A stretch of DNA of 64,000 nt from Candidatus Micrarchaeota archaeon (GTDB lineage Archaea > Micrarchaeota > Micrarchaeia > Micrarchaeales > CABMGC01), in assembly GCA_021817125.1 (NCBI GenBank), contig JAKAWC010000001.1, positions 12,327-76,326 of the forward strand, read 5' to 3'. The notes below the pieces were generated by a model. That model did not search any database. It saw nothing but the letters and a program-made list of their open reading frames with translations, and was not told the origin of the DNA. Each line of letters opens with the position of its first letter. Positions within the stretch are counted from its first letter, which is position 1. The position numbers and the translations under genes are program-made. This document shows, piece after piece, positions 41,001 to 50,593 of the stretch.

Positions 41001-41294
41001 ATGGCAAGACCGATTGCACAGACGTTGATGCCGGAGTCTACGGCACGGCAGCCGGCTGCTGCATCCGCGGCAGCTATGGAGATATACTCATGCGCTAAAA
41101 GAGAATGCACCGTGCAGACGCCAACGCCCGAAGAGATGGTGCGCCACCTTTGGCACGAGCACGGCATAAGCACAACGCCCGCGTGGGTCCGGAGCCACTT
41201 CCTAACGAGCGCATTTAAGGATGCGAGACGAGACAAGCAGCGGGACCCCGCACAGGAGGCTGGGGACAGGCTCGGTTGGGGCATAGAACGCTAA
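41001..41294 (+). CDS. Small C2H2-type zinc-finger-like protein
   Basis: C-x4-C-x12-H-x4-H in SCAKRECTVQTPTPEEMVRHLWHEH. Start ATG 41001 or ATG 41076. Confidence 0.4.
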   Translation: MARPIAQTLMPESTARQPAAASAAAMEIYSCAKRECTVQTPTPEEMVRHLWHEHGISTTPAWVRSHFLTSAFKDARRDKQRDPAQEAGDRLGWGIER

Positions 41295-41351
41295 TATTAT
41301 AAACTTGTAATCTTGAGTATAAATGGGCTATCGAAAAGAGATAGGGTGAGT

Positions 41352-41678
41352 ATGATGTCCGATATTGATTCTATTAAGGGGGTTCAGGACGCCGAAGCCA
41401 GGGCTAAGCACATCATTGAGCAGGCGGAGAAGGAGAGGAACGAGAAGCTTGTGGATGCGGATAGCCAGGCCAAGGCGATAATGGAGAAGGCGGATGCTGC
41501 TGCCAAGGAAATGAAGGAGAAGGGGCTCAAGCACGTCACCGACGAGCTGGCCAAGGACAGGACGAAAAGGCTCGAAACCGCGAAGGCGATGGTCGCCAGG
41601 ATAAAGAAGACCGATGTCAGCGCGGCAAAACTGAAGCATATCATCGAGCAGGCTGTCAAGCAGATTATGGGTGCCTAG
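41352..41678 (+). CDS. atpH: A-type ATP synthase subunit H
   Basis: Small charged coiled-coil protein at the head of the atp operon. GGTGA lies 6 nt upstream of ATG 41352. A/T box at 41315-41327. Confidence 0.6.
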   Translation: MMSDIDSIKGVQDAEARAKHIIEQAEKERNEKLVDADSQAKAIMEKADAAAKEMKEKGLKHVTDELAKDRTKRLETAKAMVARIKKTDVSAAKLKHIIEQAVKQIMGA

Positions 41679-41700
41679 TGTGGTTCTAAGCACGGAGAAA

Positions 41701-43578
41701 ATGCAAAAGGTTAGAATTATCGGTCTGCACTCCGATAGGGAGAGCATAGTCATTACGCTCCATAAGATAGGTGTCATCGACCTGAGAAAGTCCGCGCTCC
41801 AGCTGAGCGACGCACAGCAGGCATCCAACTTCACGGAGCTTTCCGACATGCTGATCAAGGTCAACGGCGCCCTCCAAGCGCTCGAACCCAGGCCGGTGAA
41901 GGTGGCAAGGCACCTGAAGCTCGAGCAGCTGATGGGCGAGCTCAAGCACATGCACTCGCTCGACAGAGTCTACGAGATAATAGGGGAGAGGAGGCTGATT
42001 CATGACGACGAGGAACTGCTCTCGCAGGCGTACCATGTCGCAACAGCATTCAACGGCATAGACATGGATTTCTCAGCGATGCGGTCGAATGCTCTCTGGT
42101 TCAGGGCGTTCGAGGCGGACAAGAAGGGAGTCTCCGAGTTCAACGCCGCAATAGAGAAGCATAGCCGGGGGAAGGGAGGTTTCAGGAGGTCTGACGTCCA
42201 GACGATAGTCAAACCCATCCCCGGAAAGAAGAGGATGTGGCTCATATTCGTCGCCTACAGGAAGGGAGCGAACGTCGATGACGCGCTGAAGGAGGTCAAG
42301 CTGAACGAGCTTGATGTGACCGCGAAGTACCTGGATGCGAAGCCTGCCGAGGTCCTTAATCGGATCAGGGCAAGGCGTGCATCGAACGCAAAGAGAATCC
42401 ACGAGCTTGAGAAGGAACTGACCCAGATCAACAACCACATTTACTCCGGACTTGCAGTCGCGAAGGAGGCACTCGAGATAGAGCTCTCGAGGGCAGGGAT
42501 AAGCACCATATTCAAAAAGACAGACTCGGCGTTCATCGTCGAGGGATGGATCCCCGCAAAGAGGATGCAGGACCTCAGGCACGCACTGCAGAAGACCACG
42601 AGCGGGCGCTTCCAGCTGGATGAATTGCATGTCGACCACCATGAGGAGCTTGCGCCAACGCTCGTGAACCGGCCGGGATTCCTCAGGCCGTTCGACTTCC
42701 TTATGGAGTTCCTCTCGGTCCCGCGAAGCGACGAGATAGACCCGACCTGGATATTCATAATAACGTTCCCGATATTCTACGGGCTGATGGTCACTGACGT
42801 AGGCTATGGGTTTGCATCTCTGCTGTTCTCGACATGGATAACGAAGAAGACGGACCCCGAGGGGCTCATGTGCAATGCCGCAAAGATATGGCAGCTGTCA
42901 TCGGTCTCCGCGATGCTCTTCGGCTTCCTCTCAAACCAGTACTTCGGTTTCCAACTCAATCAGTACTTTACGACATTCACTGGATTCGACTGGCTGAAGG
43001 ACGCCACAGTATTGATAGGGATAACAATACTGTTCGGCATACTGCAGGTTGTCCTTGGACTCGCATTCGGTGCGGTAAACACGTGGAAGCACGGCGAGAA
43101 GAAACTGTCCGTCAGCAAGGTTACTTCGATACTTACGGTGGTTTTCGGGACCCTTGCGGTGGCTGGCGGCTTCTTCGCACTGGTCCCGATGAATATCGCG
43201 CTTGTCAGCGCGGGGATTGCGATAGTCTCGCTCGTATTGACAGGAGCACTCAGCGGCATAGAGGCTGCGGAGATAACAAACCTGATAACGCACCCACTCA
43301 GCTATGCCAGGATTATGGGCTTCGGACTCAGCAGTGTCATAATCGCCCTTCTCATAGACCAGGGTTTCACCCCGCACCTGTCGCAGGGGATACCGCTATT
43401 TATAGTTTATCTTGTAATATTCATTGGCCTCCACTTCATGAACATGGTCCTCGGCATATTCGAAGGACTTATACAAGGTGTGAGACTTAACGTCGTTGAG
43501 TTCTTCTCCAAGTTCTACAAGGGAGGAGGAGTGAAGTTCAGGCCGTTCTCGTACAAGCGAGTTTATACTGAAGAATAA
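41701..43578 (+). CDS. atpI: A-type ATP synthase subunit I (stator a subunit)
   Basis: Soluble N-terminal half plus a multi-TM C-terminal half with LSYARIMGFGL (conserved Arg). Start at ATG 41701 (MQKVRIIG). Confidence 0.85.
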   Translation: MQKVRIIGLHSDRESIVITLHKIGVIDLRKSALQLSDAQQASNFTELSDMLIKVNGALQALEPRPVKVARHLKLEQLMGELKHMHSLDRVYEIIGERRLIHDDEELLSQAYHVATAFNGIDMDFSAMRSNALWFRAFEADKKGVSEFNAAIEKHSRGKGGFRRSDVQTIVKPIPGKKRMWLIFVAYRKGANVDDALKEVKLNELDVTAKYLDAKPAEVLNRIRARRASNAKRIHELEKELTQINNHIYSGLAVAKEALEIELSRAGISTIFKKTDSAFIVEGWIPAKRMQDLRHALQKTTSGRFQLDELHVDHHEELAPTLVNRPGFLRPFDFLMEFLSVPRSDEIDPTWIFIITFPIFYGLMVTDVGYGFASLLFSTWITKKTDPEGLMCNAAKIWQLSSVSAMLFGFLSNQYFGFQLNQYFTTFTGFDWLKDATVLIGITILFGILQVVLGLAFGAVNTWKHGEKKLSVSKVTSILTVVFGTLAVAGGFFALVPMNIALVSAGIAIVSLVLTGALSGIEAAEITNLITHPLSYARIMGFGLSSVIIALLIDQGFTPHLSQGIPLFIVYLVIFIGLHFMNMVLGIFEGLIQGVRLNVVEFFSKFYKGGGVKFRPFSYKRVYTEE

Positions 43579-43592
43579 AATATGGTGAAAAG

Positions 43593-43829
43593 ATGGTAAT
43601 AACTCTAGAGTCTGCAGTCGCAGCAATCGGAGCCGGAATCGCAATAGCAGGAGGAGCAATCGGAACAGGAGTAGCACAGTCTGCAATCGGAAGCGCGGGA
43701 CTTGGTCTCGTCGCGGAGAAACCAGACGAAATGGGAAGAGTACTTCTCTTCTTGGTGCTTCCGGAAACCTTGCTCATATTCGGTTTCGTAGTCGCGATAC
43801 TCATAATGTTGCAGGCAGGGATAGTATAA
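43593..43829 (+). CDS. atpK: A-type ATP synthase subunit K (c-ring proteolipid, single hairpin)
   Basis: 78 aa. Gly-rich helix 1 (GAGIAIAGGAIGTG) and the ion-binding Glu in LVLPETLLIFG. Confidence 0.85.
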   Translation: MVITLESAVAAIGAGIAIAGGAIGTGVAQSAIGSAGLGLVAEKPDEMGRVLLFLVLPETLLIFGFVVAILIMLQAGIV

Positions 43830-43839
43830 AGGTGGAGCG

Positions 43840-44502
43840 ATGCCGCTCGAAGAGATACGAAAGGACATAGAGGCTACTGCGCACGCCGATGCGGAGCGCA
43901 TGAAGAAGGAGGCCGACTCGGATGCGAAGATGAGGATCCGAAACGCCGAGGAGAAGGCCGGTGCGACCGCAGCTGAGGCAGAGGCCTGGACAAAGTCTGA
44001 GACCGAGAGGCTCAGGAAGGAGCACGAGGCCTCGCTGGAGATCGAGACGCACAACATGATGCTCGAGGCCATGGACGAAGTGGTCAGGCACCATGTCAAG
44101 TCGGTGAAGAAGCAGATTGCGAAGAGAGTAGAGGAGGAGCACATGCGCGAGATACTGAAAGCCGCGCTCGCGAAGTTCGCCGAATCGGTGCCGATCCATG
44201 AGGTCACCCTGACCACGGGCAGGGCGAACGCCAAGCTCATAGATTCAATAAAACCCAAGTGCGAAGTAAGGTACGGCAATGTCGACGGAACCACACTGCG
44301 CTCTAAGGATGGAAGGATCGCGCTAGAGCTGAACGCCGAGACGATGGTCGACTCCCAGGAGGACGAGATAAAGGGGATTATGACCGCAACGCTTTTCGCC
44401 GGGCAGAAGGAGGCGAAGCACAAGGAGGCTGCACCGAAGGTTAAGACCGCGAAGAAGCCGGCCAAGGCGAAGAAGGCCGTGGGAAAGAGACGGGTGAGAT
44501 GA
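43840..44502 (+). CDS. atpE: A-type ATP synthase subunit E
   Basis: Charged coiled-coil N-terminus, position in the operon, AAGGTGGAG RBS. Lys/Ala-rich C-terminal tail. Confidence 0.75.
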   Translation: MPLEEIRKDIEATAHADAERMKKEADSDAKMRIRNAEEKAGATAAEAEAWTKSETERLRKEHEASLEIETHNMMLEAMDEVVRHHVKSVKKQIAKRVEEEHMREILKAALAKFAESVPIHEVTLTTGRANAKLIDSIKPKCEVRYGNVDGTTLRSKDGRIALELNAETMVDSQEDEIKGIMTATLFAGQKEAKHKEAAPKVKTAKKPAKAKKAVGKRRVR

Positions 44503-44503
44503 C

Positions 44504-45574
44504 TTGCTAGCAGGCTACAGCGCCGCAAACGTGTATGGATACTCCAGCGCCAGAGTCAAGGCCATGGAGGCGAGGCTTCTCGACAAGACTACGATGCAGA
44601 GCATAATCAACGCGAAGGACGTCAGCTCTATACTGGCGATACTGTTCCAGAGCGATTACAGGAAGAGCATAAGCGAGTTCGGCGGGCTCCAGATAAAGAA
44701 CGAGATGGTGGACTTTGCGCTCTCGAAGAACCTGGCCGAGAATGTCGGCAAGCTTGTCACGATAACCCCCACGACCCAGAGGAAACTGACCCGCGCGCTG
44801 GTCGGGAAATGGGACCTCTACAACGTGAGGCTCGCACTCGAGGCGAAGGACAGGAAGCTGAGCTACGCCGCGATCGCCCCGCAGATAATAGACCACGGGC
44901 CATACAACTCGGCATTCGTAAAAGAGGTGCTGCGTGAGGAGACGGTGGAGGGAGTGCTGGCTAAGTTCATGATCAACTCGCCTTACGCGGCAATACTGCA
45001 GGCAGCGCTCGACACTTACAGGAAAACGAGGAACATGCCTGAGACGCTCGCGAAGATAGACGAGATGTACTACCAGGCGCTCGAGAACGTCATACTCGCA
45101 CTGAAGAACCTGCACTATGAGTCATCGATGGTGCTGAAGATGGACATAGACATGAAGAACCTGCTCCTCCTGCTTAGGGCGAAGAAGTACGGGACAAAGT
45201 TCGGCGACATCTCTGACGCACTGATAGAGCGCGGCAGCCTGGACAGGAAGGCGCTGGAGCAGATGTACAACGGCTCCGGCGATGTCGAATCGTTCATAGC
45301 GCAGGTGAAGAATTTCGACCTCAAGGAGGCGCTCTCCGTGTACAGGGGAAGCAAGTCCAAGCACCTGATAGCGTTCGAGATAGGCATGCGGAACAGCATA
45401 TTCAACACTGCGCTCAGGCTGCTCAAGCACAGCATACTCAGTTACGGCACGATAGTTGCATACATCTACCTTAAGGAGATAGAGATATTCACGCTCAGGA
45501 TACTGATAAAGTCAAAGTTCTACGGGCTCTCAAAGGAGGAGCTCTCAAGGCTGTTGATATGGAAAGCAGAATGA
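44504..45574 (+). CDS. atpC: A-type ATP synthase subunit C (d-like)
   Basis: 356-aa all-helical protein in the canonical operon position. TTG start 1 nt after the atpE stop. Confidence 0.8.
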   Translation: MLAGYSAANVYGYSSARVKAMEARLLDKTTMQSIINAKDVSSILAILFQSDYRKSISEFGGLQIKNEMVDFALSKNLAENVGKLVTITPTTQRKLTRALVGKWDLYNVRLALEAKDRKLSYAAIAPQIIDHGPYNSAFVKEVLREETVEGVLAKFMINSPYAAILQAALDTYRKTRNMPETLAKIDEMYYQALENVILALKNLHYESSMVLKMDIDMKNLLLLLRAKKYGTKFGDISDALIERGSLDRKALEQMYNGSGDVESFIAQVKNFDLKEALSVYRGSKSKHLIAFEIGMRNSIFNTALRLLKHSILSYGTIVAYIYLKEIEIFTLRILIKSKFYGLSKEELSRLLIWKAE

Positions 45575-45909
45575 ACAAGCAGAGCTTCAAGATCGCCGTC
45601 ATAGGCAGCGACCTGATGTCGCTAGGCTTCAAGCTGGCTGGCGTCACGAAATCTTACGTCCCGCAGAACGGGCAGGAAGCGGAGACGCTGATGCGGGAGC
45701 TCATGCAGAAGGAGGATGTCGGAATTATAGTCATCACTACGAAAACGGTAAAGTCGATAAGGGACAGGAGGCTCCAGGAAGCGATAACCAGCAGCATAAT
45801 GCCGCTCATAGTCGAGGTTCCTGACTACAATGACCAGAGCCAGCAGAGCGACACGCTCAGAAAGCTTATCATCCGTGCGATAGGGATTGACATTGAGAAA
45901 AACGCTTAG
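45571..45909 (+). CDS. atpF: A-type ATP synthase subunit F
   Basis: MNKQSFKIAVIGSDLMSLGFKLAGV pattern. ATG 45571 overlaps the atpC stop (ATGA). Confidence 0.8.
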   Translation: MNKQSFKIAVIGSDLMSLGFKLAGVTKSYVPQNGQEAETLMRELMQKEDVGIIVITTKTVKSIRDRRLQEAITSSIMPLIVEVPDYNDQSQQSDTLRKLIIRAIGIDIEKNA

Positions 45910-45918
45910 GTGAGATGA

Positions 45919-47697
45919 ATGGGAATAACTGAGAAGGTCTCCGGACCGCTCGTAATCGCCACAGGCATGCTTGGAACCAAGATGTACGACGTGGTGCGTG
46001 TAGGCAAGAACAAGCTTATCGGTGAGATAATCCAGCTCAAGGGCGAACGCGCAATTATCCAGGTCTACGAAGACACGTCCGGATTGCGGCCGGGAGAGGA
46101 GGTGGAGAGCACAGGCGCGCAGCTCTCGGTGGAGCTCGGACCGGGCCTGCTCGGCCAGATATACGACGGCATCCAGAGACCCCTTGAGATACTTGAGAAG
46201 AAGAGCGGAGCGTTCATAGCGAAGGGGATAATCGCCGACCCGCTGGACAAGAAGAAGAAATGGCACTTCATCGCTGAGAAGAAGAAGGGTGCGCGCGTAT
46301 CTGGGGGAGACATCCTGGGATACGTACAGGAGACCCAGATGATAAAGCACTACGTCATGGTGCCGTTCGGCGTAGAAGGAGAGCTGAAGTCGCTGCAGAG
46401 CGGAAACTTCACGCTCGAGGACGTTATCGGCAAAGTCGAGATGCACGGAAAGGCAGTTGACCTAACAATGCTTCAGAGGAGGGCCGTCAGGAAAGCAGGC
46501 CAGTTCAAGAGGAAGTTCAGGGCAGAGGAGCCACTGATCACCGGGCAGAGGGTTATAGATACGCTCTTCCCCGTAGCCAAGGGAGGCACGGCGGCGATTC
46601 CTGGACCCTTCGGGAGCGGGAAGACGGTGATGCAGCATAGCCTTGCGAAGTACTCGGACAGCGAGATAGTGGTTTACGTGGGCTGCGGAGAGCGCGGCAA
46701 CGAGATGACCGAGGTGCTTACCGAGTTCCCTGAGCTGCTCGACCCCAGGACGGGAAGGCCGCTCGTGGAGAGGACTGTGCTCGTGGCGAACACGTCGAAC
46801 ATGCCGGTAGCCGCGAGAGAGGCCAGCATCTACACGGGGATAACGATAGCAGAGTACTTCAGGGACATGGGATACAACGTCTCCATCATGGCAGACTCTA
46901 CATCAAGATGGGCCGAGGCTATGAGGGAGATGTCCGCAAGACTCGAAGAGATGCCAGGAGAGGAGGCGTACCCAGCATACCTGCCTAAGAGGCTCGCAGA
47001 GTACTATGAGCGAAGCGGAAAGGTAGAGAGCTTCAGCGGGAAAGTAGGCTCGATTACGATAGTCGGAGCGGTGTCTCCGCCAGGAGGAGACATATCGGAG
47101 CCTGTGTCGCAGGGAACGCTCAGGGTGGTCAAGACCTTCTGGGCGCTTGACGCAGCGCTCGCCGGAGCAAAGCACTTCCCGGCGATCAACTGGCTCAATA
47201 GCTACTCGCTCTACATCACGATGCTCAACCCGTGGTACCTGAAGAACATGGGTGAAGCGTACATCGAGAACAGGACCTACGCGATGTCCATGCTCCAGAG
47301 GGAAGCGGAGCTCAAGGATATCGTGCAGCTGGTCGGAGCTGACGCGCTGCCCGATGCCGAGCGGGTCATCCTCGTGATAGGTGGCATGCTCAGGGAGGAC
47401 TACCTCAGGCAGAGTGCATTCGACGAGATCGACGCTTCAAGCAGCATCAAGAAGCAGGCAATCATGCTCAGCGTCATGACGCACTTCGCAAGAAAGTCCC
47501 AGGAGGCGGTGGCAAAGGGCGTCTCTGTTGAGAGGATTGCTGCTACGAAGGTCAGAACAGACATCTCCAGGATGAAGGACATAAAGGAGAAGGAGATTGA
47601 CGGTACAGAGAAGAAGTTCAAGGATGAGATTGACAAGGAGCTTGACGCTCTGGCCAGGGAGCAAGAGACCACACAGGTCGAGGAGGCAAAGGCGTGA
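45919..47697 (+). CDS. atpA: A-type ATP synthase catalytic subunit A
   Basis: Walker [10 protein letters not shown], non-homologous insert region, 592 aa (no intein). Confidence 0.95.
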   Translation: MGITEKVSGPLVIATGMLGTKMYDVVRVGKNKLIGEIIQLKGERAIIQVYEDTSGLRPGEEVESTGAQLSVELGPGLLGQIYDGIQRPLEILEKKSGAFIAKGIIADPLDKKKKWHFIAEKKKGARVSGGDILGYVQETQMIKHYVMVPFGVEGELKSLQSGNFTLEDVIGKVEMHGKAVDLTMLQRRAVRKAGQFKRKFRAEEPLITGQRVIDTLFPVAKGGTAAIPGPFGSGKTVMQHSLAKYSDSEIVVYVGCGERGNEMTEVLTEFPELLDPRTGRPLVERTVLVANTSNMPVAAREASIYTGITIAEYFRDMGYNVSIMADSTSRWAEAMREMSARLEEMPGEEAYPAYLPKRLAEYYERSGKVESFSGKVGSITIVGAVSPPGGDISEPVSQGTLRVVKTFWALDAALAGAKHFPAINWLNSYSLYITMLNPWYLKNMGEAYIENRTYAMSMLQREAELKDIVQLVGADALPDAERVILVIGGMLREDYLRQSAFDEIDASSSIKKQAIMLSVMTHFARKSQEAVAKGVSVERIAATKVRTDISRMKDIKEKEIDGTEKKFKDEIDKELDALAREQETTQVEEAKA

Positions 47698-47701
47698 TAA
47701 A

Positions 47702-49096
47702 ATGAGATTCGAAATCAAATACAACACGATAGAAAGCGTCGCTGGACCGCTGGTGGTGGTCGGCAAAGTGAGGAACGCTGCGTACAACGAGATAGTCAAG
47801 ATACGGCTGCCGAACGGAGAGCAGAGGCTCGGCCAGGTTCTCGAGACGACAGACAAGCACGCGGTGGTGCAGGTCTTCGGACCTACGCAGGGAATCAATG
47901 TCGACGCGACAAGCGTCAGTTTCCTTGGAGAGACACTTAGCGTTGGCGTGTCTGAAGACATGCTCGGCAGGGTCTTCGACGGACAGGGAAGACCGAGGGA
48001 TGTTGGAGCTGGGATCGCATACGAGAGCAAGAGGGACATAAACGGAGAGCCGATAAACCCAAGCGCTAGGGCGATGCCGAGCGACTTCATAGAGACCGGA
48101 ATCTCGTCCATAGACGCGCTGTTCACGCTAGTAAGGGGACAGAAGCTGCCCATATTCTCCGCGGCAGGACTGCCGCACAATGAGCTTACCGCACAGATAG
48201 TCAGGCAGGCAAGGGTGAAGAACAGCAGCGAGGGCTTCGCTGTGGTGTTCGCAGGGATCGGGATCACGTACGACGATGCGAGCTACTTCATAGAGGAGTT
48301 CAGAAAGACCGGAGCGCTGTCCAGGACTGTGGCGTTCATCAACCTGGCTGACGACCCAAGCATAGAGAGGATAATCACCCCGAGGATAGCACTGACTACT
48401 GCAGAGTACCTTGCGTATGAAAAGGGCATGCACGTCCTGGTCATTCTCAGCGACATGACCAACTACGCAGAGGCGTTGAGAGAGCTGTCGAGCGCTAGGG
48501 AAGAGGTGCCTGGGAGGAGAGGCTACCCTGGTTATATGTACACCGACCTTGCATCGATATACGAGCGGGCAGGCATCATAAAGGGCAGGAAGGGGAGCAT
48601 AACGCAGTTCAACGTGCTCACCATGCCAGGCGGAGACATAACCCACCCTATTCCGGACCTGACAGGTTACATCACGGAGGGGCAGATCTTCCTGAACGGG
48701 GATCTGAAGAACAAGGGAGTCTATCCTCCTGTCGGCGTCCAGAGGTCCCTGTCCAGGCTTATGAACAACGGAATCGGCCCAGGAAAGACGAGAGAAGACC
48801 ACAGGGGAGTGGCCGACCAGCTTGGCGGGGCATACTCGAGGGCGCAGGAGGCGAAGAACCTCAGCGCAGTGGTCGGGGCGGAGGCGCTCTCTGACAGCGA
48901 CAAGCTGTACCTGAAGTTCGGAGAGGCGTTCGAGGCCAGATTTATAGGACAAGGCCAGTACGAGAGGCGGGACATAGAGAAGACCCTCGACATAGGCTGG
49001 GAGCTGCTGTCAATGCTTCCGGAGAACGAACTCACGAGAATCAAGAAGGACTACGTTGCGAAGTATTACAAGAAGGCGGAGAAGAAGAGTGAGTAA
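47702..49096 (+). CDS. atpB: A-type ATP synthase subunit B
   Basis: [20 protein letters not shown] start. Strong A/V-type B-subunit pattern. Start at internal ATG 47702. Confidence 0.95.
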   Translation: MRFEIKYNTIESVAGPLVVVGKVRNAAYNEIVKIRLPNGEQRLGQVLETTDKHAVVQVFGPTQGINVDATSVSFLGETLSVGVSEDMLGRVFDGQGRPRDVGAGIAYESKRDINGEPINPSARAMPSDFIETGISSIDALFTLVRGQKLPIFSAAGLPHNELTAQIVRQARVKNSSEGFAVVFAGIGITYDDASYFIEEFRKTGALSRTVAFINLADDPSIERIITPRIALTTAEYLAYEKGMHVLVILSDMTNYAEALRELSSAREEVPGRRGYPGYMYTDLASIYERAGIIKGRKGSITQFNVLTMPGGDITHPIPDLTGYITEGQIFLNGDLKNKGVYPPVGVQRSLSRLMNNGIGPGKTREDHRGVADQLGGAYSRAQEAKNLSAVVGAEALSDSDKLYLKFGEAFEARFIGQGQYERRDIEKTLDIGWELLSMLPENELTRIKKDYVAKYYKKAEKKSE

Positions 49097-49098
49097 AG

Positions 49099-49731
49099 AT
49101 GCCTGCGCAGCTCAACCCGACAAGGATGAATCTGATTAACCTCAAGAAGACGATAGCCATGGCACAGAAAGGCCATGGCATCCTAAAGAAGAAGAGAGAG
49201 GTCCTCGTCATAGAATTCCTGAAGCTGCTCCAGAAGTCGAAGAACGACCGCTCCACGCTCCTTGTCACCATGCAGGAGGGATACAAGACTGTGGTCACCG
49301 CATCGACCTATGTCGGGAACTTCGAGCTGGAGGAGGCTGCACTCTACACGCCGGAGGCCGCTCCGGTCGGCATCGCGATAAAGAATATCATGGGAGTGAG
49401 GATACCCGAGATAAGCAGAAGCGACGCGGCTGCGCCGCAGACGCTGAACATGTTCGCGTTGAAGTCATCCTCCCTCGCTGTTGATGACATATCGGACTCC
49501 TTCGCGCGAGTCAGGGACATGATAGTCGACATCGCGCAGAGGGAGCAGGGACTGAAGAGGCTAGTCCTTGAGATAGACAAGACAAAGAGGAGGGTCAACG
49601 CGCTCGAGTACATAGTCATACCAAACCTGCGCAGCCAGTCCAGATACATCTCGATGAGGCTTGAGGAGATAGACAGGGACATGTTCAGCGCGCTGAAACA
49701 CGTCAAGAAGAAACTCGACAGGGGAGAGTGA
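49099..49731 (+). CDS. atpD: A-type ATP synthase subunit D (central stalk)
   Basis: LNPTRMNLINLKK...KRRVNALEYIVIPNL pattern. 210 aa. Confidence 0.85.
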   Translation: MPAQLNPTRMNLINLKKTIAMAQKGHGILKKKREVLVIEFLKLLQKSKNDRSTLLVTMQEGYKTVVTASTYVGNFELEEAALYTPEAAPVGIAIKNIMGVRIPEISRSDAAAPQTLNMFALKSSSLAVDDISDSFARVRDMIVDIAQREQGLKRLVLEIDKTKRRVNALEYIVIPNLRSQSRYISMRLEEIDRDMFSALKHVKKKLDRGE

Positions 49732-50402
49732 TGGTAGTAGCAGGCCTCTACAGCGGGGGCAAAGACTCCACGCTGGCGCTGCACAGGATAATCGGAACGG
49801 GGATCGAGGTCGGACTTCTTCTTACAATCGAGTCGAAGAACAGGAACAGCTACATGTTTCACTACCCAAACACCAATTGGACCGCGCTGCAGGCGGAAGC
49901 GCTTGGCATAAAGCACAAGTTCGTCCAGACGGAGGGCAAGAAGGAGGAGGAGCTGAAGGACCTGGAGAAGGCACTTGTGGACAATGGAGTCACTGCGCTC
50001 ATTACAGGAGCCACCTACAGCAAGTACCAGGGAGACAGGATTGCAGACATGTGCAATAAGCTCGGGATAGAGAATCTTGCTCCGCTCTGGCATATAGAGC
50101 CACTCGATGAGCTCCGCGAGCTTGACAGGGACTTTGATGCTATCGTCACATCGGTATCCGCTGAAGGGCTTGATAAATCGTTCCTCGGAGAGAGGATAGA
50201 CCAGGGAATGATAGACAGGCTGGTCCTGCTTAACAAGAGATACGGGATAAACCTGCTCTTCGAGGGAGGAGAGGCAGAGAGCTTCGTGCTCGACGCCCCG
50301 CTCTTCAGGAAATGGATAAAAGTCAACAAATCCCACATCGAGTGGAACGGGACGAGCGGCGCTTACTTCATCGATGACGCAGAACTCGTTGGCAAGAAAT
50401 AG
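49728..50402 (+). CDS. PP-loop ATPase of the MJ0570/Dph6 (diphthine-ammonia ligase) family
   Basis: LYSGGKDSTLAL PP-loop. 224 aa. Start overlaps the atpD stop. Confidence 0.7.
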   Translation: MMVVAGLYSGGKDSTLALHRIIGTGIEVGLLLTIESKNRNSYMFHYPNTNWTALQAEALGIKHKFVQTEGKKEEELKDLEKALVDNGVTALITGATYSKYQGDRIADMCNKLGIENLAPLWHIEPLDELRELDRDFDAIVTSVSAEGLDKSFLGERIDQGMIDRLVLLNKRYGINLLFEGGEAESFVLDAPLFRKWIKVNKSHIEWNGTSGAYFIDDAELVGKK

Positions 50403-50446
50403 AAAACTATATTAGGGTTGATGGGGGATAGGATAGTCATCTTGAT

Positions 50447-50517
50447 GGAGGCATCGTCTAGTGGTAGGATAGCGCCTTTACACGGCGCGGGCCTGGGTTC
50501 GATTCCCTGTGCCTCCA
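50447..50517 (+). tRNA. tRNA-Val (anticodon UAC)
   Basis: Manual fold: acceptor GGAGGCA/TGCCTCC, D-loop AGTGGTA, anticodon stem GCGCC/GGCGC with loop TTTACAC, T-loop TTCGATT. One T-T mismatch in the T-stem. No encoded CCA. Confidence 0.8.
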
Positions 50518-50562
50518 TTTTTCTTCTCAGAGAGCTATATGTTACATTCCTAACCAGAAGTC

Positions 50563-50570
50563 TTTATATA
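50563..50570 (+). promoter_or_regulatory. A/T box TTTATATA upstream of integrase
   Basis: 24-31 nt upstream of ATG 50594. Confidence 0.4.
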
Positions 50571-50593
50571 CTTTGCCATGCATAGATAAAAGC

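Noticed and set aside
43605-44528. 307-aa minus-strand ORF
   Set aside because: It is antisense to atpK and atpE inside a fully collinear atp operon. The product is a Ser/Ala/Cys-rich shadow frame.
45919-47697. Intein in atpA (and in the polB fragment)
   Set aside because: AtpA is 592 aa with a contiguous P-loop region and no insertion. The polB fragment is too short to judge.
47597-47701. N-terminal extension of the atpB ORF
   Set aside because: It overlaps the atpA C-terminus and is Arg/Ser-rich. The canonical B-subunit N-terminus begins at ATG 47702.
45622-48952. Several 270-280-aa minus-strand ORFs (45622..46446, 47437..48267, 48128..48952)
   Set aside because: All are antisense to atpF, atpA and atpB, which are among the most confidently identified genes here.
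49344-50336. 330-aa minus-strand ORF
   Set aside because: It is antisense to atpD and the Dph6-like gene. No motifs are present.
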